Notes: generated by a model not told the origin, from the letters alone. 64,000 bases of DNA from an uncultured delta proteobacterium (GCA_963745035.1 CAVUVW010000021.1:288001-352000), one strand, 5' to 3'. Shown: positions 42,545 through 53,123, counted from the first letter of the stretch. Program-made: numbers and translations.

Positions 42545-44014
42545 ATGGCACGACCGGAAAGAATCGGCACCTCTCAGAGCACGGTCGCATATCGCGGTTT
42601 GCGCGACTGGATCGAGCAAGTCGATAAGCTCGGCGAGTTATTGAAAGTCAACGGCGCCCACTGGGACCGCGAGATGGGCTCGATCACTCAGGTGCTCACC
42701 GAAGGCGGCAAGGGCAAGGCGCCGGCGATTCTTTTTGACGAAGTTCCCGGCTATCCGAAAGGCTATCGAACTCTCTACGGGCAATTCTCGACGATCAAGC
42801 GGGTCGCGCTCACTTTGGGTTTGCCGCTCGAATACGAGCGCAAAGCCGACATCGTCAAGGCTTACCATCACGTCATGACCGACATGAAGCTGATCAAGCC
42901 GAAGCTGGTGAAGACCGGACCGATCTTCGAAAACGTCTTGGAAGGCGACAAGGTGGACGTGCTCAAGCTGCCCGTGCCGATCCATCATCAGGCCGATACG
43001 CACCGTTATATCGGCACCGCCGACATGTGCATCACCAAGGATCCCGACGCCGATTGGTACAACTTCGGCGCCTATCGCTGCCAAGTCTACGACGAAAAAA
43101 CCATCGGCTGCCAAATCACCGAAGGAAAACACGGGCGGATTCATCGCGATAAATATTTCGAGCGCGGCCAGAGCTGCAAATTCGCCATCGTCTGCGGCCA
43201 GGACCCGCTGCTTTACATGCTGTCGGCGAGCCCGCTGCCCTCCGGGGTGTCGGAGTATGATTTCGCCGGCGGCATTCGCGGCGAGCCGGTCGAAGTGGTG
43301 AAAGGGCCGTTCACCGGCTTTCCGATCCCGGCCGACGCCGAGATCGTTATCGAAGGCGAAGCGGTGCCGGGACAATCCAAGCCCGAAGGGCCGTTCGGCG
43401 AATGGATGGGCTACTATTCCGACGACGTGGTGCCGCGGCCGTATCTCAACGTCAAAACCGTCATGTATCGCAACAACCCGATCCTGACCTGCGCGCCGCA
43501 ACACAAGCCGGTCGACGAAACCGGCTTGCTCAAGGGCATCGCCGGCGCGGCGGAGATCTGGAACGCGCTGGAGGCCTGCGGCCTGCCCGAGGTTCTCGGC
43601 GTGTGGAATCACGAAGGCGCTCCGGCGACGCGATTCACGGCGATCCAGATTCGCCAGCGCTATCCCGGCCACGCGCGCAACGTGCTGCACGTCGCCTCCA
43701 ACTGCATGGCCGGCGCCTACAACGGCAAGTGGACGGTGGTGGTCGACGACGACGTCGACTGCTCCGACATCGATCAGGTGCTATGGGCGATGGGCACGCG
43801 CTTCGATCCGATGATCGACATCGATCTGGTGCAGCGCGCCTGGTCGTCGGGGCGCGATCCCATGTTTCTGCCGGGCAATTTCAACAACCGCATCCTGATC
43901 GACGCGTGCATGCCCTACAACAAAAAACTGCGCGGCGAGTTCGCCAAGGTCGTCGAAGTGCCCGAGAAGGTGCGCGCCGAGCTCAAGGCGAAGTTCCCGC
44001 AGGTTTTCAATTAA
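42545..44014 (+). CDS. UbiD family prFMN-dependent (de)carboxylase
   Basis: LRDWI, APAILF, GAYR, EIVIEG, PEGPFGEWMGYY, VVVDDD..VLWA..TR.DP. Confidence 0.93.
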   Translation: MARPERIGTSQSTVAYRGLRDWIEQVDKLGELLKVNGAHWDREMGSITQVLTEGGKGKAPAILFDEVPGYPKGYRTLYGQFSTIKRVALTLGLPLEYERKADIVKAYHHVMTDMKLIKPKLVKTGPIFENVLEGDKVDVLKLPVPIHHQADTHRYIGTADMCITKDPDADWYNFGAYRCQVYDEKTIGCQITEGKHGRIHRDKYFERGQSCKFAIVCGQDPLLYMLSASPLPSGVSEYDFAGGIRGEPVEVVKGPFTGFPIPADAEIVIEGEAVPGQSKPEGPFGEWMGYYSDDVVPRPYLNVKTVMYRNNPILTCAPQHKPVDETGLLKGIAGAAEIWNALEACGLPEVLGVWNHEGAPATRFTAIQIRQRYPGHARNVLHVASNCMAGAYNGKWTVVVDDDVDCSDIDQVLWAMGTRFDPMIDIDLVQRAWSSGRDPMFLPGNFNNRILIDACMPYNKKLRGEFAKVVEVPEKVRAELKAKFPQVFN

Positions 44015-44131
44015 AAAAACGAATACGTTTCGGATTGTTGCAATTGGGATTCCAGTGGGTTTTCTGAATTGTCTGTTTCGGAGTTGCGATACCGGAGCGG
44101 TTGTAGCCTTGGAACAATAGGAACTGATCTG

Positions 44132-44859
44132 ATGGTTTTTGCCAGTTGGCGCGGGGTGGTCGGATGCGTCAAGCCGACGCATCGGCCCGGTTCCCTCGAA
44201 GAATTCATCCGGCTTTTGCCCGAGGGGATCGGGGTGGTGCCGGTTTATCTAAATTTCCAGCGCGGCACCGAAGACGAGTTTCGCGCGGCTCTCAATGCTG
44301 TTCATGAGAAAGTGGCGGAGCTCGCCAAGGAAGGGGTCGATCTGATCCATCCCGAAGGCGCGCCGCCGTTCATGGCGCACGGGTTCGGCGGCGAAGCTAA
44401 AATTGTCAAAGAGTGGGAGTCCGAGTTCAAGATTCCCATCGTAACGGCGGGGCAAACCCAGGTTGAAGCGCTGCGCGCCCTCGGCATAAAGAAATTCGTC
44501 GGCGTGACTTATTTTGTCGGCAGCATCAACGACATGTTCACAAAGTACTTCCAGGAAGCGGGTTTTGATGTCCTAGGGATGGAGGGGATGGAAGTCGCCT
44601 TTGCCGACGTCGGCCGGCTGGCGTCGACGGAAATTTACGCGCATACGCGCAGAGCGTTCTTGAAGAATTCCCGGCGCGGACGGCATTTACATGCTCGGCA
44701 CCGGCTGGCGCTGTCTCGATATCATCCGCCTGCTCGAGGAAGATTTGCAGGTGCCGGTCGTCCATGCCGTGCCGGCGCGTGTGTGGTCGGTGCAGAAACG
44801 TCTCCATGTAAGGCAATCGGTCAAGGGATTCGGCAGGCTGCTGGAAGCAAATGCCGTAA
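44132..44859 (+). CDS. Asp/Glu racemase-fold protein (maleate isomerase/arylmalonate decarboxylase-like; frameshifts near 44670 and 44850)
   Basis: LLPEGIGV, VEALRALG.KK, YF..AGFDV, LEEDL.VPVV, GFGRLL. Confidence 0.8.
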
Positions 44860-44881
44860 GCGCTCGCGGCTTGAGTGGTTC

Positions 44882-44953
44882 TGTCATTCATTTCGAGGCG
44901 AAGCCGAAAATCTTTCTTTCCGAGAAAGATCTCTCACTCCGCTCGAGATGACA
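44882..44953. repeat. REP-like palindrome TGTCAT..TCGAG...AGAT...CTCGAGATGACA
   Basis: Complementary ends and inner stem atctttct/agaaagat; lies between convergent genes. Confidence 0.7.
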
Positions 44954-44988
44954 TCCTATCCGGTCGAAAAACGAGTCAGATCTTTAAT

Positions 44989-45981
44989 CTAGAACTTTCC
45001 TTCCTTCTCCAACTTTCTCACAAACCGGTCATCCACTAGGTCTTCAGCTTTAAGCTTGCGGATCTTTTCGTTGGTCTGGCCGAGCAGTCGAATGACGTTG
45101 CGCACGCCGTCGACGCGCGGGTAGATTTTACGATCGTAGATGTGAGCCAGCGTGTCGTAGCCCTCGGTGGCTTGCTCGATGCTTTTCAGCCGCAAGCCCC
45201 TCATCAAACTTTTAAGCACGGCGGGTTTGTTCTCCGGTTGCGCGACGAAGTTGAGCGAGTCGATGACTCCGCGCAGCACGTTCTCGACGACCTCCGGATT
45301 GCTGTTCATGAATCGCCGCGTGGTCAGGATCCCGGTGCTCTGAAATGGGATCGGCAGCTTGGTCAAATCGGCGAGATTGGTAAAGCCTCTTGCGATCAGC
45401 GGCGCCGAGAACGTGTAGCCCAGGTGAGTCGCCGAGACGGTTTCGTTGAGCAGCGCCTGGCTGCGTACCGACTCGTCGCCCAGGATTCTAAACGTGATAC
45501 CGTCGCGCTTGGCGTCGAGGCCCCAGTGTTCCAGCGCTAGCGTAGTGAACATCCAACTGCCGCCGCTGGCGCTGGTCACGGCGATGAATTTGCCCTTCAA
45601 GTCGGCCGGGGTTTTGATTTTCGGGGTAGCCATGATGTTACCGATGAGCTTGTTGATGATGCCGGCGACATAGACGAGATCCATGCCTTCGGCGGCCGAT
45701 CCGAGGGTCGCGCCGGTGGCGGAACCGGAATGAAATTGCGATTCGCCCGAGGCGAGCGCCGCCATGCCGACCGGGCCGCTGCGCACGGTAACGAACGTCA
45801 GGTCGAGTCCGTAGCGGCGAAAAAAGCCGTGGTCCTGGGCCACGTACATGGCGGCCTCGCGCTCGCTGAACGAACCGCTGGTCATGATGACTTTGGTGAC
45901 GGATTGCGCCGCCTCGATCGACTGGCCGCTGTGGAAAATCGAGGACGCAAGCAGGATTGCAGCGATCCATTTTACACTCAT
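44989..45981 (-). CDS. NMT1/SsuA-type ABC substrate-binding protein
   Basis: Signal peptide, YVAQDHGFFRRYGLD, ALASGE, IKTPADLKGK; GGAGG RBS before ATG 45981. Confidence 0.88.
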   Translation of the reverse strand: MSVKWIAAILLASSIFHSGQSIEAAQSVTKVIMTSGSFSEREAAMYVAQDHGFFRRYGLDLTFVTVRSGPVGMAALASGESQFHSGSATGATLGSAAEGMDLVYVAGIINKLIGNIMATPKIKTPADLKGKFIAVTSASGGSWMFTTLALEHWGLDAKRDGITFRILGDESVRSQALLNETVSATHLGYTFSAPLIARGFTNLADLTKLPIPFQSTGILTTRRFMNSNPEVVENVLRGVIDSLNFVAQPENKPAVLKSLMRGLRLKSIEQATEGYDTLAHIYDRKIYPRVDGVRNVIRLLGQTNEKIRKLKAEDLVDDRFVRKLEKEGKF

Positions 45982-46103
45982 GATTCCTCCGCGACGCCGA
46001 CAGTAAAGAAAACGGCCCGCACGGTCAAGGCGAAATTTCCTTAGCGAGCCGGTCATGCTATAAGTCGGAAAAATTTCAAAAGAATCGACCAAGGTCCGCG
46101 ACC

Positions 46104-46925
46104 ATGACTCTCGAGTTAGAAAAATTCCGCAGCTTCGAACATGCCGGCTGGCAGGAAATCCCGATCGGCTACCATGAAGCTTTTGGCAGTCTAACCCAGC
46201 AGGCGATCAAGCCGTTGCTGAGCGCGGTGCGTTTGAAAAAGGGCATGAGCTTTCTCGACATCGCCAGCGGACCGGGCTATGTGGCGGCCGCCGCGGCAAA
46301 ACGCGGCGCCACGGTGCTTGGCGTGGATTTCTCCGCGTCGATGATCGCTCAAGCGCAACAGTTGCACGCGGGCGTCGAGTTTCGCGAGGGCGACGCCGAG
46401 CAGCTGTCGCTGGGCAGCGGATTGTTCGACGCCGCGGCGATGAACTTCGGGATTCTTCATCTCGCCCGACCGCAATCCGCGCTCGTCGAGGCGCACCGCG
46501 TGCTTCGCGCCGGCGGGCGCTTCGCCTTTTCGGTTTGGTGCAATCCTGAGGAAACCATCGGTTTCAAGATCGTGCTACGCGCGGTCGAGCTGCACGGCGA
46601 ACCGCGCGTCGAGCTGCCGGAGGGACCGCCGTTTTTTCATTACAGCGACGCTGACGAGTGCAAGCGGGGACTGATCGCGGCGGGTTTCGAATCGCCGATG
46701 GTGACCAAGATAGCCCAGCTCTGGCGACTGCCGGCGGGAGACGGATTGTTCGACGCCATGAGAGGCAGCACGGTGCGGACGGCCGGCTTGCTGCGCGCGC
46801 AAAAGCCGACAGTGTTGGCGAAGATACGCGACGCGTTGCGCGCCGAAGTGGAGAAATACACAAAAAGGGGCGTCGTCAAACTGCCCATGCCGGCGCTCAT
46901 CGCCTCGGGCATAAAATCAAACTGA
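46104..46925 (+). CDS. Class I SAM-dependent methyltransferase (UbiE-like)
   Basis: LDIASGPG, GVDFS, GDAEQL, RVLRAGGRF. Confidence 0.9.
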   Translation: MTLELEKFRSFEHAGWQEIPIGYHEAFGSLTQQAIKPLLSAVRLKKGMSFLDIASGPGYVAAAAAKRGATVLGVDFSASMIAQAQQLHAGVEFREGDAEQLSLGSGLFDAAAMNFGILHLARPQSALVEAHRVLRAGGRFAFSVWCNPEETIGFKIVLRAVELHGEPRVELPEGPPFFHYSDADECKRGLIAAGFESPMVTKIAQLWRLPAGDGLFDAMRGSTVRTAGLLRAQKPTVLAKIRDALRAEVEKYTKRGVVKLPMPALIASGIKSN

Positions 46926-46928
46926 GCT

Positions 46929-47053
46929 CGTTCAATCGCCTGGCTCCGTTCAAGCCGTTCCAAACGTTCAAAACGTTGCCGGAGGTGAGCCTTGGAGGAA
47001 GTCAGCGTCGGATAACGATTGTAACGGCTTGAACGTTTTGAGCGATTGGAACG
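46929..47053. repeat. 9-mer CGTTCAAGC-family arrays in inverted orientation
   Basis: cgttcaagc cgttccaaa cgttcaaaa cgtt ... aacgattgt aacggcttg aacgttttg agcgattgg aacg. Confidence 0.8.
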
Positions 47054-47064
47054 TGTGTCTCCGT

Positions 47065-48672
47065 TTAAGGTCCGTGGTGTGTTGCCAGCGGGCTGGAATC
47101 GGCGAGCTCCATCATTCTGCGCGCGAGTTTTTCCGTAAGCTCGTGGCGGCGCGCCTGCGCCGCCGGATCGTCCCACAAATTGTCCATTTCGTCCGGATCG
47201 CGGCTGAAGTCGTAAAGCTCGCCCCAATCCGCGCCTTCGTACAGAGTCAAACGCTCGTTTTGGGTGATCAGAGTGCGGGCGCGGAAATTATTTCCGAAAC
47301 CCATGTAGCCGCGGCGCTGATGTTCTTCGACGACCAAAGAGTCGTGTCCTGTGTCGCCGCCGCTCACGGCCTGCATAAGGTTCTTTCCCTGGATGCCGTT
47401 GTGGCCTTGAAGCCCGGCGCGGCAGAGAATGGTCCGTGCGATGTCTAGTGTGCCGCAGATTCCCTGATTCACCAGTCCCTGTAACTCGACGTTGGGATCA
47501 CTCCAGATAAACGGCACGCGCACCAAGCCGCGATAATGAAGCGCGCCTTTCAGCAAGAGCTGATGATCGCCCATGAAGTCGCCGTGGTCGCTGGTGAAGA
47601 CGACGATGGTATCTTCATCGAGGCGGAGTGTTTTCAGCCAGCCCAGAATACTGCCGACGGCGTCGTCGACCATGGTGATCATGCCATAGGTGAGCGCGAT
47701 TGCCTCGCGCGCTTCCCGCTCGGTAACGGCAAAAGCCCGCTGGCCGTCCCGGTTGCTCTTGTTTTGCGTCCGCTCGTCGTAGAGCGCTTGAAGATGCGGC
47801 GGAGTGGGCCGCTCGCTGCGATGGAAAGACGGAGGCAGCGAGATCGCCGCAGGATCGTACATGTCCCAGTATCGTCCCGGCGGCGTGAACGGATGGTGCG
47901 GATCGGGAAACGAGCATTGCAAATAAAACGGCCGCGCGCGATCGGTGCGGGAGTAGTTTTCCAAGAACTTCATAGTGCGCTCGGCGACATAGGCGGTCGG
48001 ATAGAGCTCTTCGGGAACGCGCGTGCGCCAAGCCTGCGGCGCGGCATAGTGGTTGCCCGGCAGCTGGTTTTCCGGTCCGCGCAAGGAATCCGGATCGGGG
48101 TGTCTTTCTTTCAGCCATCGGGCGTAGTGGCCGACGACTTTGTCGCCGTGGCCGATGGCCAGTTCCACGTGCTTGAAACCGTAGTAGGGAAGGCTCGGTT
48201 CGAACTCCGGCTCGCGCTCCCAAGTCGCGGGCAATTCCTGGTCGTAGCGGCCAGGCTCGGCTAAAATTTTATCCGCCTCGCGCAACTGATCCGGCGGCAC
48301 GGTGAGGCTCGGATTGGATTCCGGCATGCCGACGGTTGGACGATTGCCGTTTATACTCTGCAAATGACACTTGCCGATCAGCGCGGTTTCGTAGCCCGCC
48401 GCGCGCATCACGTCGACGAACGTCGTGGCGGAAAGGGGCAACGGAATGCCGTTCTGCCGGGCGCCGTGCAGCGAGGGCATCCTTCCGGTCATCAACGTCG
48501 CGCGATTCGGCATACAGATCGGCGTCGCCACGTAAAAACGCTCGAAGCGCGTGCCCGCTGCGGCGAGACGATCGATGCTCGGAGTGCGCACAACTTTGTT
48601 GCCGTAGCAGCCAAGGTGGTCGGCGCGCTGCTGGTCGGTGATGATCAGAAGAAAATTGGGTTTTCGATCCAT
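47065..48672 (-). CDS. Sulfatase (Cys-type, formylglycine-dependent)
   Basis: KPNFLLIITDQ, CMPNRATLMTGR, GKCH, PHHP, SDHG. Confidence 0.93.
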   Translation of the reverse strand: MDRKPNFLLIITDQQRADHLGCYGNKVVRTPSIDRLAAAGTRFERFYVATPICMPNRATLMTGRMPSLHGARQNGIPLPLSATTFVDVMRAAGYETALIGKCHLQSINGNRPTVGMPESNPSLTVPPDQLREADKILAEPGRYDQELPATWEREPEFEPSLPYYGFKHVELAIGHGDKVVGHYARWLKERHPDPDSLRGPENQLPGNHYAAPQAWRTRVPEELYPTAYVAERTMKFLENYSRTDRARPFYLQCSFPDPHHPFTPPGRYWDMYDPAAISLPPSFHRSERPTPPHLQALYDERTQNKSNRDGQRAFAVTEREAREAIALTYGMITMVDDAVGSILGWLKTLRLDEDTIVVFTSDHGDFMGDHQLLLKGALHYRGLVRVPFIWSDPNVELQGLVNQGICGTLDIARTILCRAGLQGHNGIQGKNLMQAVSGGDTGHDSLVVEEHQRRGYMGFGNNFRARTLITQNERLTLYEGADWGELYDFSRDPDEMDNLWDDPAAQARRHELTEKLARRMMELADSSPLATHHGP

Positions 48673-48795
48673 AGCGCTCTTTCCGCAAAATTCGTTTATC
48701 ATAGTGACGCGGCGATGCAATGAGGTTGAGCTCATTTTGAGAATCTTTGGTTGGAAGTGCGCGCTTGTAGTAGAGGAGGACGGAAAGGTCGAGCC

Positions 48796-49311
48796 ATGAT
48801 CGACGCGGCGGTGCTGATTCCTGTTTACCGGTCGCCGGACGGCGAGCTGCATATCGTGATGATCCTGCGCAATCCGGGCGGCGTGCACGGCGGTCAGATC
48901 GCTTTTTCGGGCGGCAAGCACGATCCTCAGGACGAGACCATGCTCGACACGGCGCTGCGCGAAGTTCACGAGGAGCTGGGATTGAAGGTATGGAGGCATG
49001 ATGTGCTGGCCGAATTACCGATGGAACAGACGAGGACCACCGGCTACCGTGTTTTTCCATATCTCGCGCGCATCACGGTGCCCGAGCGCTGGCAGATTGC
49101 CGAGCGGGAAATCGCCGAGATCATCGATGTAAAATTGTCGGACTTGATGCGCCCGGGCGCCCACGACAAGATGATCGATCGCTTCCCGACCTGGAGCAAA
49201 GCGGAGCAAGTCTCGTTCTATCAGGTTGGCCCGCATCGCCTCTGGGGCCTGTCGTACCGGATTTTGCGGCCGGTGATACCAAGGCTGTTAGCTGGGGAGT
49301 GGCCGGTCTAG
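48796..49311 (+). CDS. Nudix hydrolase, CoA pyrophosphatase-like
   Basis: AAVLIP, HGGQIAF.GG, ALREVHEELG, LWGLS. Confidence 0.88.
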   Translation: MIDAAVLIPVYRSPDGELHIVMILRNPGGVHGGQIAFSGGKHDPQDETMLDTALREVHEELGLKVWRHDVLAELPMEQTRTTGYRVFPYLARITVPERWQIAEREIAEIIDVKLSDLMRPGAHDKMIDRFPTWSKAEQVSFYQVGPHRLWGLSYRILRPVIPRLLAGEWPV

Positions 49312-50886
49312 CTAAAACTTCACGAAAATCTCTTTCGCTCCATCACCCGTGAGTTGCTTGATCGTCGAGATACGGTCGCTGAATTCCTTGAGCGTTCCCA
49401 ATGACGCCGGGCCCATGTCGATCAAGATTGAGAACAGGGAAAAGCCGAGCCGCTCTTTTTCCGCGCGGAAATTCTCAGCCCATTCGGGCTCGACCTGGCA
49501 CTCGCCGTCGGTGATGAAAATGATATCGCCTTTCTTGAATCGCGACTGGCTTAGGCAAGCAAGCGCGGCATCGAGTGGCTTTTGAAAGTCGGTGCCACCG
49601 CCTGGGAAGTATTCCGCCAAATCCATAATCGTCTTGGTCTCGACTTCGTAGCGGTCCCGAGGATTCATGTCGAGGACTTGGAGCGGTGTGTCCGCGGATG
49701 AAAAACAGATGGAGCGAAACAAGCGGCGCTGCTTGCGGGCTATTTCGAGCAAGGTGAGGCTTACGGCCTTAGACCAGATCTCTTTGTCACCCGACATGGA
49801 GGAGCTGCCGTCGAGACAGACGATCATGGGGCCCTTGCCTTTTTCTTCGACGCCGCGAAGAGAATACTGAATCAGCTCCTGATCGAGAAAGCGGCGGTAA
49901 AAATCCTTGCGCAGCACCGGGTGATGCAAGCTGAGTAGTTCGTGGGGCAGCAGACGATGCAAGGCATCGCCTTGCTCGACTTCGAGCAGCTCCTCGCTGG
50001 AGCGTTCGAAAACTTTTTTGCGCAGGGCCTGGGCGTGGAACTTCATCCGCCCGACCATGCGCGCGAGCTTCTTGAGTTTTTCATTGCCGGCGAGGCGGCG
50101 GCCGAGCTCGAGTTTTTGTCCGGGAGGGGTTCGCGATCCTGTGCCAATAGTGTCGCCCCAGGTCTCGGCCTCTTCCGTAGCATCCTCCAATTCTTGCGCG
50201 ACCTTGATGGCTTCTGCCTGAAGACGATTGGTCGCTTGAGCTTCGATCTGCTTCAGGTCTTCCTTTAACTGTTGTGTTTTATGCCTCAGTAATGCCTCAG
50301 CGCCCTGTACTTCACCGCCCATTCGTTCCTTGGCTTTTTGCAGCGCCTTCTGGCCTTCCTCCGACATTTGCTCTTCGGGAATCGTATCGGCATTGTCGTA
50401 TTCTTCGAGCTTCTGACCGACGATCTCTTCCTGCTTTTGGATGTCCCAGAGATCGCGCATGTCGCGGCGGGTGAGAAACTTTTCCTCGCGCACCAACGAC
50501 AGCAGCCTTTCGCCGAGAATCAAGGTCGACAATCCGGCGTGAGCTTCGTTCAACAGCGTCTGCTCGCGCAGGAAGTCGTATTGCGCGCCGCGATGGATGG
50601 CCTGGATGAATTTCTGATTGAGCAGCGCGCTGGGCAAGACTTCGGCGTCAGGGTGGTAGTTGATGTTGTATTTGAACAAAAGGCAGAAAATGTCCTGCAG
50701 TAGCGAGCCGAAGTGAGGCAAGAAGGTGCTGCCTTTGTCCTCCAATTCGCGCAGGGAGGGCGACTCGGCGCGCAGATGGCCCCAAACGCGCCGGTCATAG
50801 GCGTCGTTCACGATCCAAAAAGTGTTTTTCGGGAGCGCCTGGAAGACCCGTTTTGCTGGCGCGTTCGTAGGACGCCGGGGAGGCAT
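49312..50886 (-). CDS. VWA-domain protein, ViaA-like
   Basis: RLLPHEL, KGPMIVCLDGSSSM (MIDAS), GGGTDF, IFITDG. Confidence 0.88.
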   Translation of the reverse strand: MPPRRPTNAPAKRVFQALPKNTFWIVNDAYDRRVWGHLRAESPSLRELEDKGSTFLPHFGSLLQDIFCLLFKYNINYHPDAEVLPSALLNQKFIQAIHRGAQYDFLREQTLLNEAHAGLSTLILGERLLSLVREEKFLTRRDMRDLWDIQKQEEIVGQKLEEYDNADTIPEEQMSEEGQKALQKAKERMGGEVQGAEALLRHKTQQLKEDLKQIEAQATNRLQAEAIKVAQELEDATEEAETWGDTIGTGSRTPPGQKLELGRRLAGNEKLKKLARMVGRMKFHAQALRKKVFERSSEELLEVEQGDALHRLLPHELLSLHHPVLRKDFYRRFLDQELIQYSLRGVEEKGKGPMIVCLDGSSSMSGDKEIWSKAVSLTLLEIARKQRRLFRSICFSSADTPLQVLDMNPRDRYEVETKTIMDLAEYFPGGGTDFQKPLDAALACLSQSRFKKGDIIFITDGECQVEPEWAENFRAEKERLGFSLFSILIDMGPASLGTLKEFSDRISTIKQLTGDGAKEIFVKF

Positions 50887-52004
50887 TAGAACTGCTCCAG
50901 CATGTCTTTCTGTAGTTGCTCGATCTCGCTGCGCACGTTGGTGACTCGATCCAAGGGTCTGCCCAGACGCTTGGCCTTTTCCATGATCTGATCGACTTTG
51001 GTGAGGATATTTCTGAGCTTGGTATGAAATTCGATGAGAGCGCGCGCCCGCTCGTCACTGGTTTGGCCGGGCTGTGCGGCGGACTCTCGGATCTCGCGCG
51101 ATTCATACAAGAGTTCGGCGATCTCTTCCTCGTAGCCCAGCAACTGCTCGCGAATCGTATTGCGCACCGTTTCGTGTTCCGCGGGATCGCGCCAGAGCAC
51201 GTGCTCAAGAAAAAAAAGATTCTTCTCCTGGACCTCGGAGGCGCCTTCCAGGAAAGCACGGGCCTGAAGCAGGGCGAGCGATTGGCGATAGCGCCGGTCG
51301 GATGCCTGGATATTCTTCTTGTTGAGCTCGCGGCGAATATCGGCGATGCCTCGGTACACGTGGGCTGGAATCGGCAGGGCGCGCACTTGCTGCTGCAGAT
51401 CGTTCAACTCGGCGAGGGAGAGCGCAGTGCGTTCGGCTTGCGTCTGGGATTCGAGCATTCTCAGAAAGCGAAAATCCTCGGCGATATAGCTGACCACGAA
51501 GCGAAGCAGGAAGCGGTCGTAGAGCGCGGTCAATTCCTCTTCTTCAGGCAACTCGTTGCTTGCACCGAAAAGCGTGAGCAGGGGTACGCGAGCGATTTCT
51601 TTGCCGTTGTGAAACAGCCGCTCGTTGATGAGCGTCAAGATGGCGTTGAGTATGGACGAGTTGGCTTTAAAAATCTCATCCAAAAACGCGATATGCGCCT
51701 CGGGCAGTTTGCGGCTCGTCACGCGGCGATAATCATCCTGCTCCAGGGCCTTCAGGCTGACGGCGCCAAAGACTTCTTCCGGCGTCGTAAAGCGCGTCAG
51801 CAGCCATTGAAAGTAATCGGCTCCCTCGATGCGCCGGCAAAGCTCGTCGGCGAGCATCGATTTCGCGGTGCCCGGGGGGCCGATGATCAACAGGTGATTG
51901 GAGGAAAGCAACGCCGCAAGCGCGCCGTCGATAAGATCGCCGCGCTCCAAAAACATTTGCCTCAGTTCTTCGCGGATCTTTTTAAGCTTGTCTTGTGAAT
52001 CCAT
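50886..52004 (-). CDS. MoxR family AAA+ ATPase, RavA-like
   Basis: GPPGTAKS, LLTRFTTPEEVFG, FLDEIFKA, GASNELP, ALYDRF, SDRR. Confidence 0.92.
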   Translation of the reverse strand: MDSQDKLKKIREELRQMFLERGDLIDGALAALLSSNHLLIIGPPGTAKSMLADELCRRIEGADYFQWLLTRFTTPEEVFGAVSLKALEQDDYRRVTSRKLPEAHIAFLDEIFKANSSILNAILTLINERLFHNGKEIARVPLLTLFGASNELPEEEELTALYDRFLLRFVVSYIAEDFRFLRMLESQTQAERTALSLAELNDLQQQVRALPIPAHVYRGIADIRRELNKKNIQASDRRYRQSLALLQARAFLEGASEVQEKNLFFLEHVLWRDPAEHETVRNTIREQLLGYEEEIAELLYESREIRESAAQPGQTSDERARALIEFHTKLRNILTKVDQIMEKAKRLGRPLDRVTNVRSEIEQLQKDMLEQF

Positions 52005-52111
52005 GGCCGCGTTTAATTTACGTTAGCAAAGGACCAGGTTATAGACAAACAATGGACAACCACCCCGCTTTCCGCTATTGGAAGTGGTACGTCTAACAGG
52101 AGGAGTTCCCG

Positions 52112-53122
52112 ATGATGCGATTCAAATTTTTCGCTGTCGTTGCTTTCATCCTGTTCTCTTTCGGCTCGGTTAGCGCCCAGGAGGCGAAACTGGTGGAAGC
52201 CGCAAAGAAGGAAGGCGGCAAAGTCGTCGTTTACGGTTCCATCGAAAATGACACGATGGATCTGATTTCGGCGGCGTTCAAGAAGAAAACCGGATTGGAG
52301 GTTGAATTCTGGCGCGCGGCGTCGACCAAAGTGATGGATCGGGTACTTTCCGAATACCGCGCCGGCAAACCGCTCTACGATGTGGCGTTGACCATCACGC
52401 CGCCGATGGAATTTTTGATCAACGAGGGCACTCTGGTTAAGTACGATTCGCCATCGGCGAAGGCATTTTCCAAAGAAATGATTCATCCCAACCTGGGGCC
52501 GCAATACCGCAACAGCGTTATCGGCGTCGTATATCACGCCGGCATCATCAAGCCAGCGGAGGCGCCGAAGTCGCTGGAGGATCTGCTCAAGCCCCAGTAT
52601 CGCGGCAAACTCGTCATGCCGGACGCAAGTCAGCACACGACGACGGCCCAGTGGCTCGCCAGCTTGCACAAGATCATGGGGAAGGAAAGAGCCGATAAAT
52701 TCATTCGCGATCTGGCGGCGACAAAACCGCTGTTGGTCGAATCGTTGACTCCGGCGGGTGAGCGCATCACCACCGGCGAGACTCCCATCGGCATCGCCTT
52801 TTTGAAGAACGTGGTCTTCTACGGACAAAAAGGCATACCGTTGGATTACGTCAGGCTGGGGAAATTCATGGGGGACGGTAATGCCATCGGGTTGGGTTCC
52901 AAAGCTCCTCATCCCAACGCGGGCAAAGCTTTTATCGACTTTTTCCTGGGCGAAGAGGGACTCAAGATCATGGCGAGTATCGGCGAGTTCGTCACCCGCA
53001 AAGGCATCTATCCGCCGATCCCGGATGCCGACAAGATCGAGCTGGTCGAGATGATCGACATGGATAAGAAGGCGTACGCGGAAAAAATGGCCGAGTATCG
53101 AAAGATTTTCCTGCAGAAGTGA
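52112..53122 (+). CDS. ABC transporter substrate-binding protein (iron/thiamine-like class)
   Basis: Signal peptide, AAKKEG.VVVY, PKSLEDLL.P.YRGK, APHPNA.KAFIDF. Confidence 0.85.
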   Translation: MMRFKFFAVVAFILFSFGSVSAQEAKLVEAAKKEGGKVVVYGSIENDTMDLISAAFKKKTGLEVEFWRAASTKVMDRVLSEYRAGKPLYDVALTITPPMEFLINEGTLVKYDSPSAKAFSKEMIHPNLGPQYRNSVIGVVYHAGIIKPAEAPKSLEDLLKPQYRGKLVMPDASQHTTTAQWLASLHKIMGKERADKFIRDLAATKPLLVESLTPAGERITTGETPIGIAFLKNVVFYGQKGIPLDYVRLGKFMGDGNAIGLGSKAPHPNAGKAFIDFFLGEEGLKIMASIGEFVTRKGIYPPIPDADKIELVEMIDMDKKAYAEKMAEYRKIFLQK

Positions 53123-53123
53123 A

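Noticed and set aside
48673-48999. N-terminal extension of the sulfatase
   Set aside because: Overlaps the divergent Nudix gene; the sulfatase signature begins at ATG 48672
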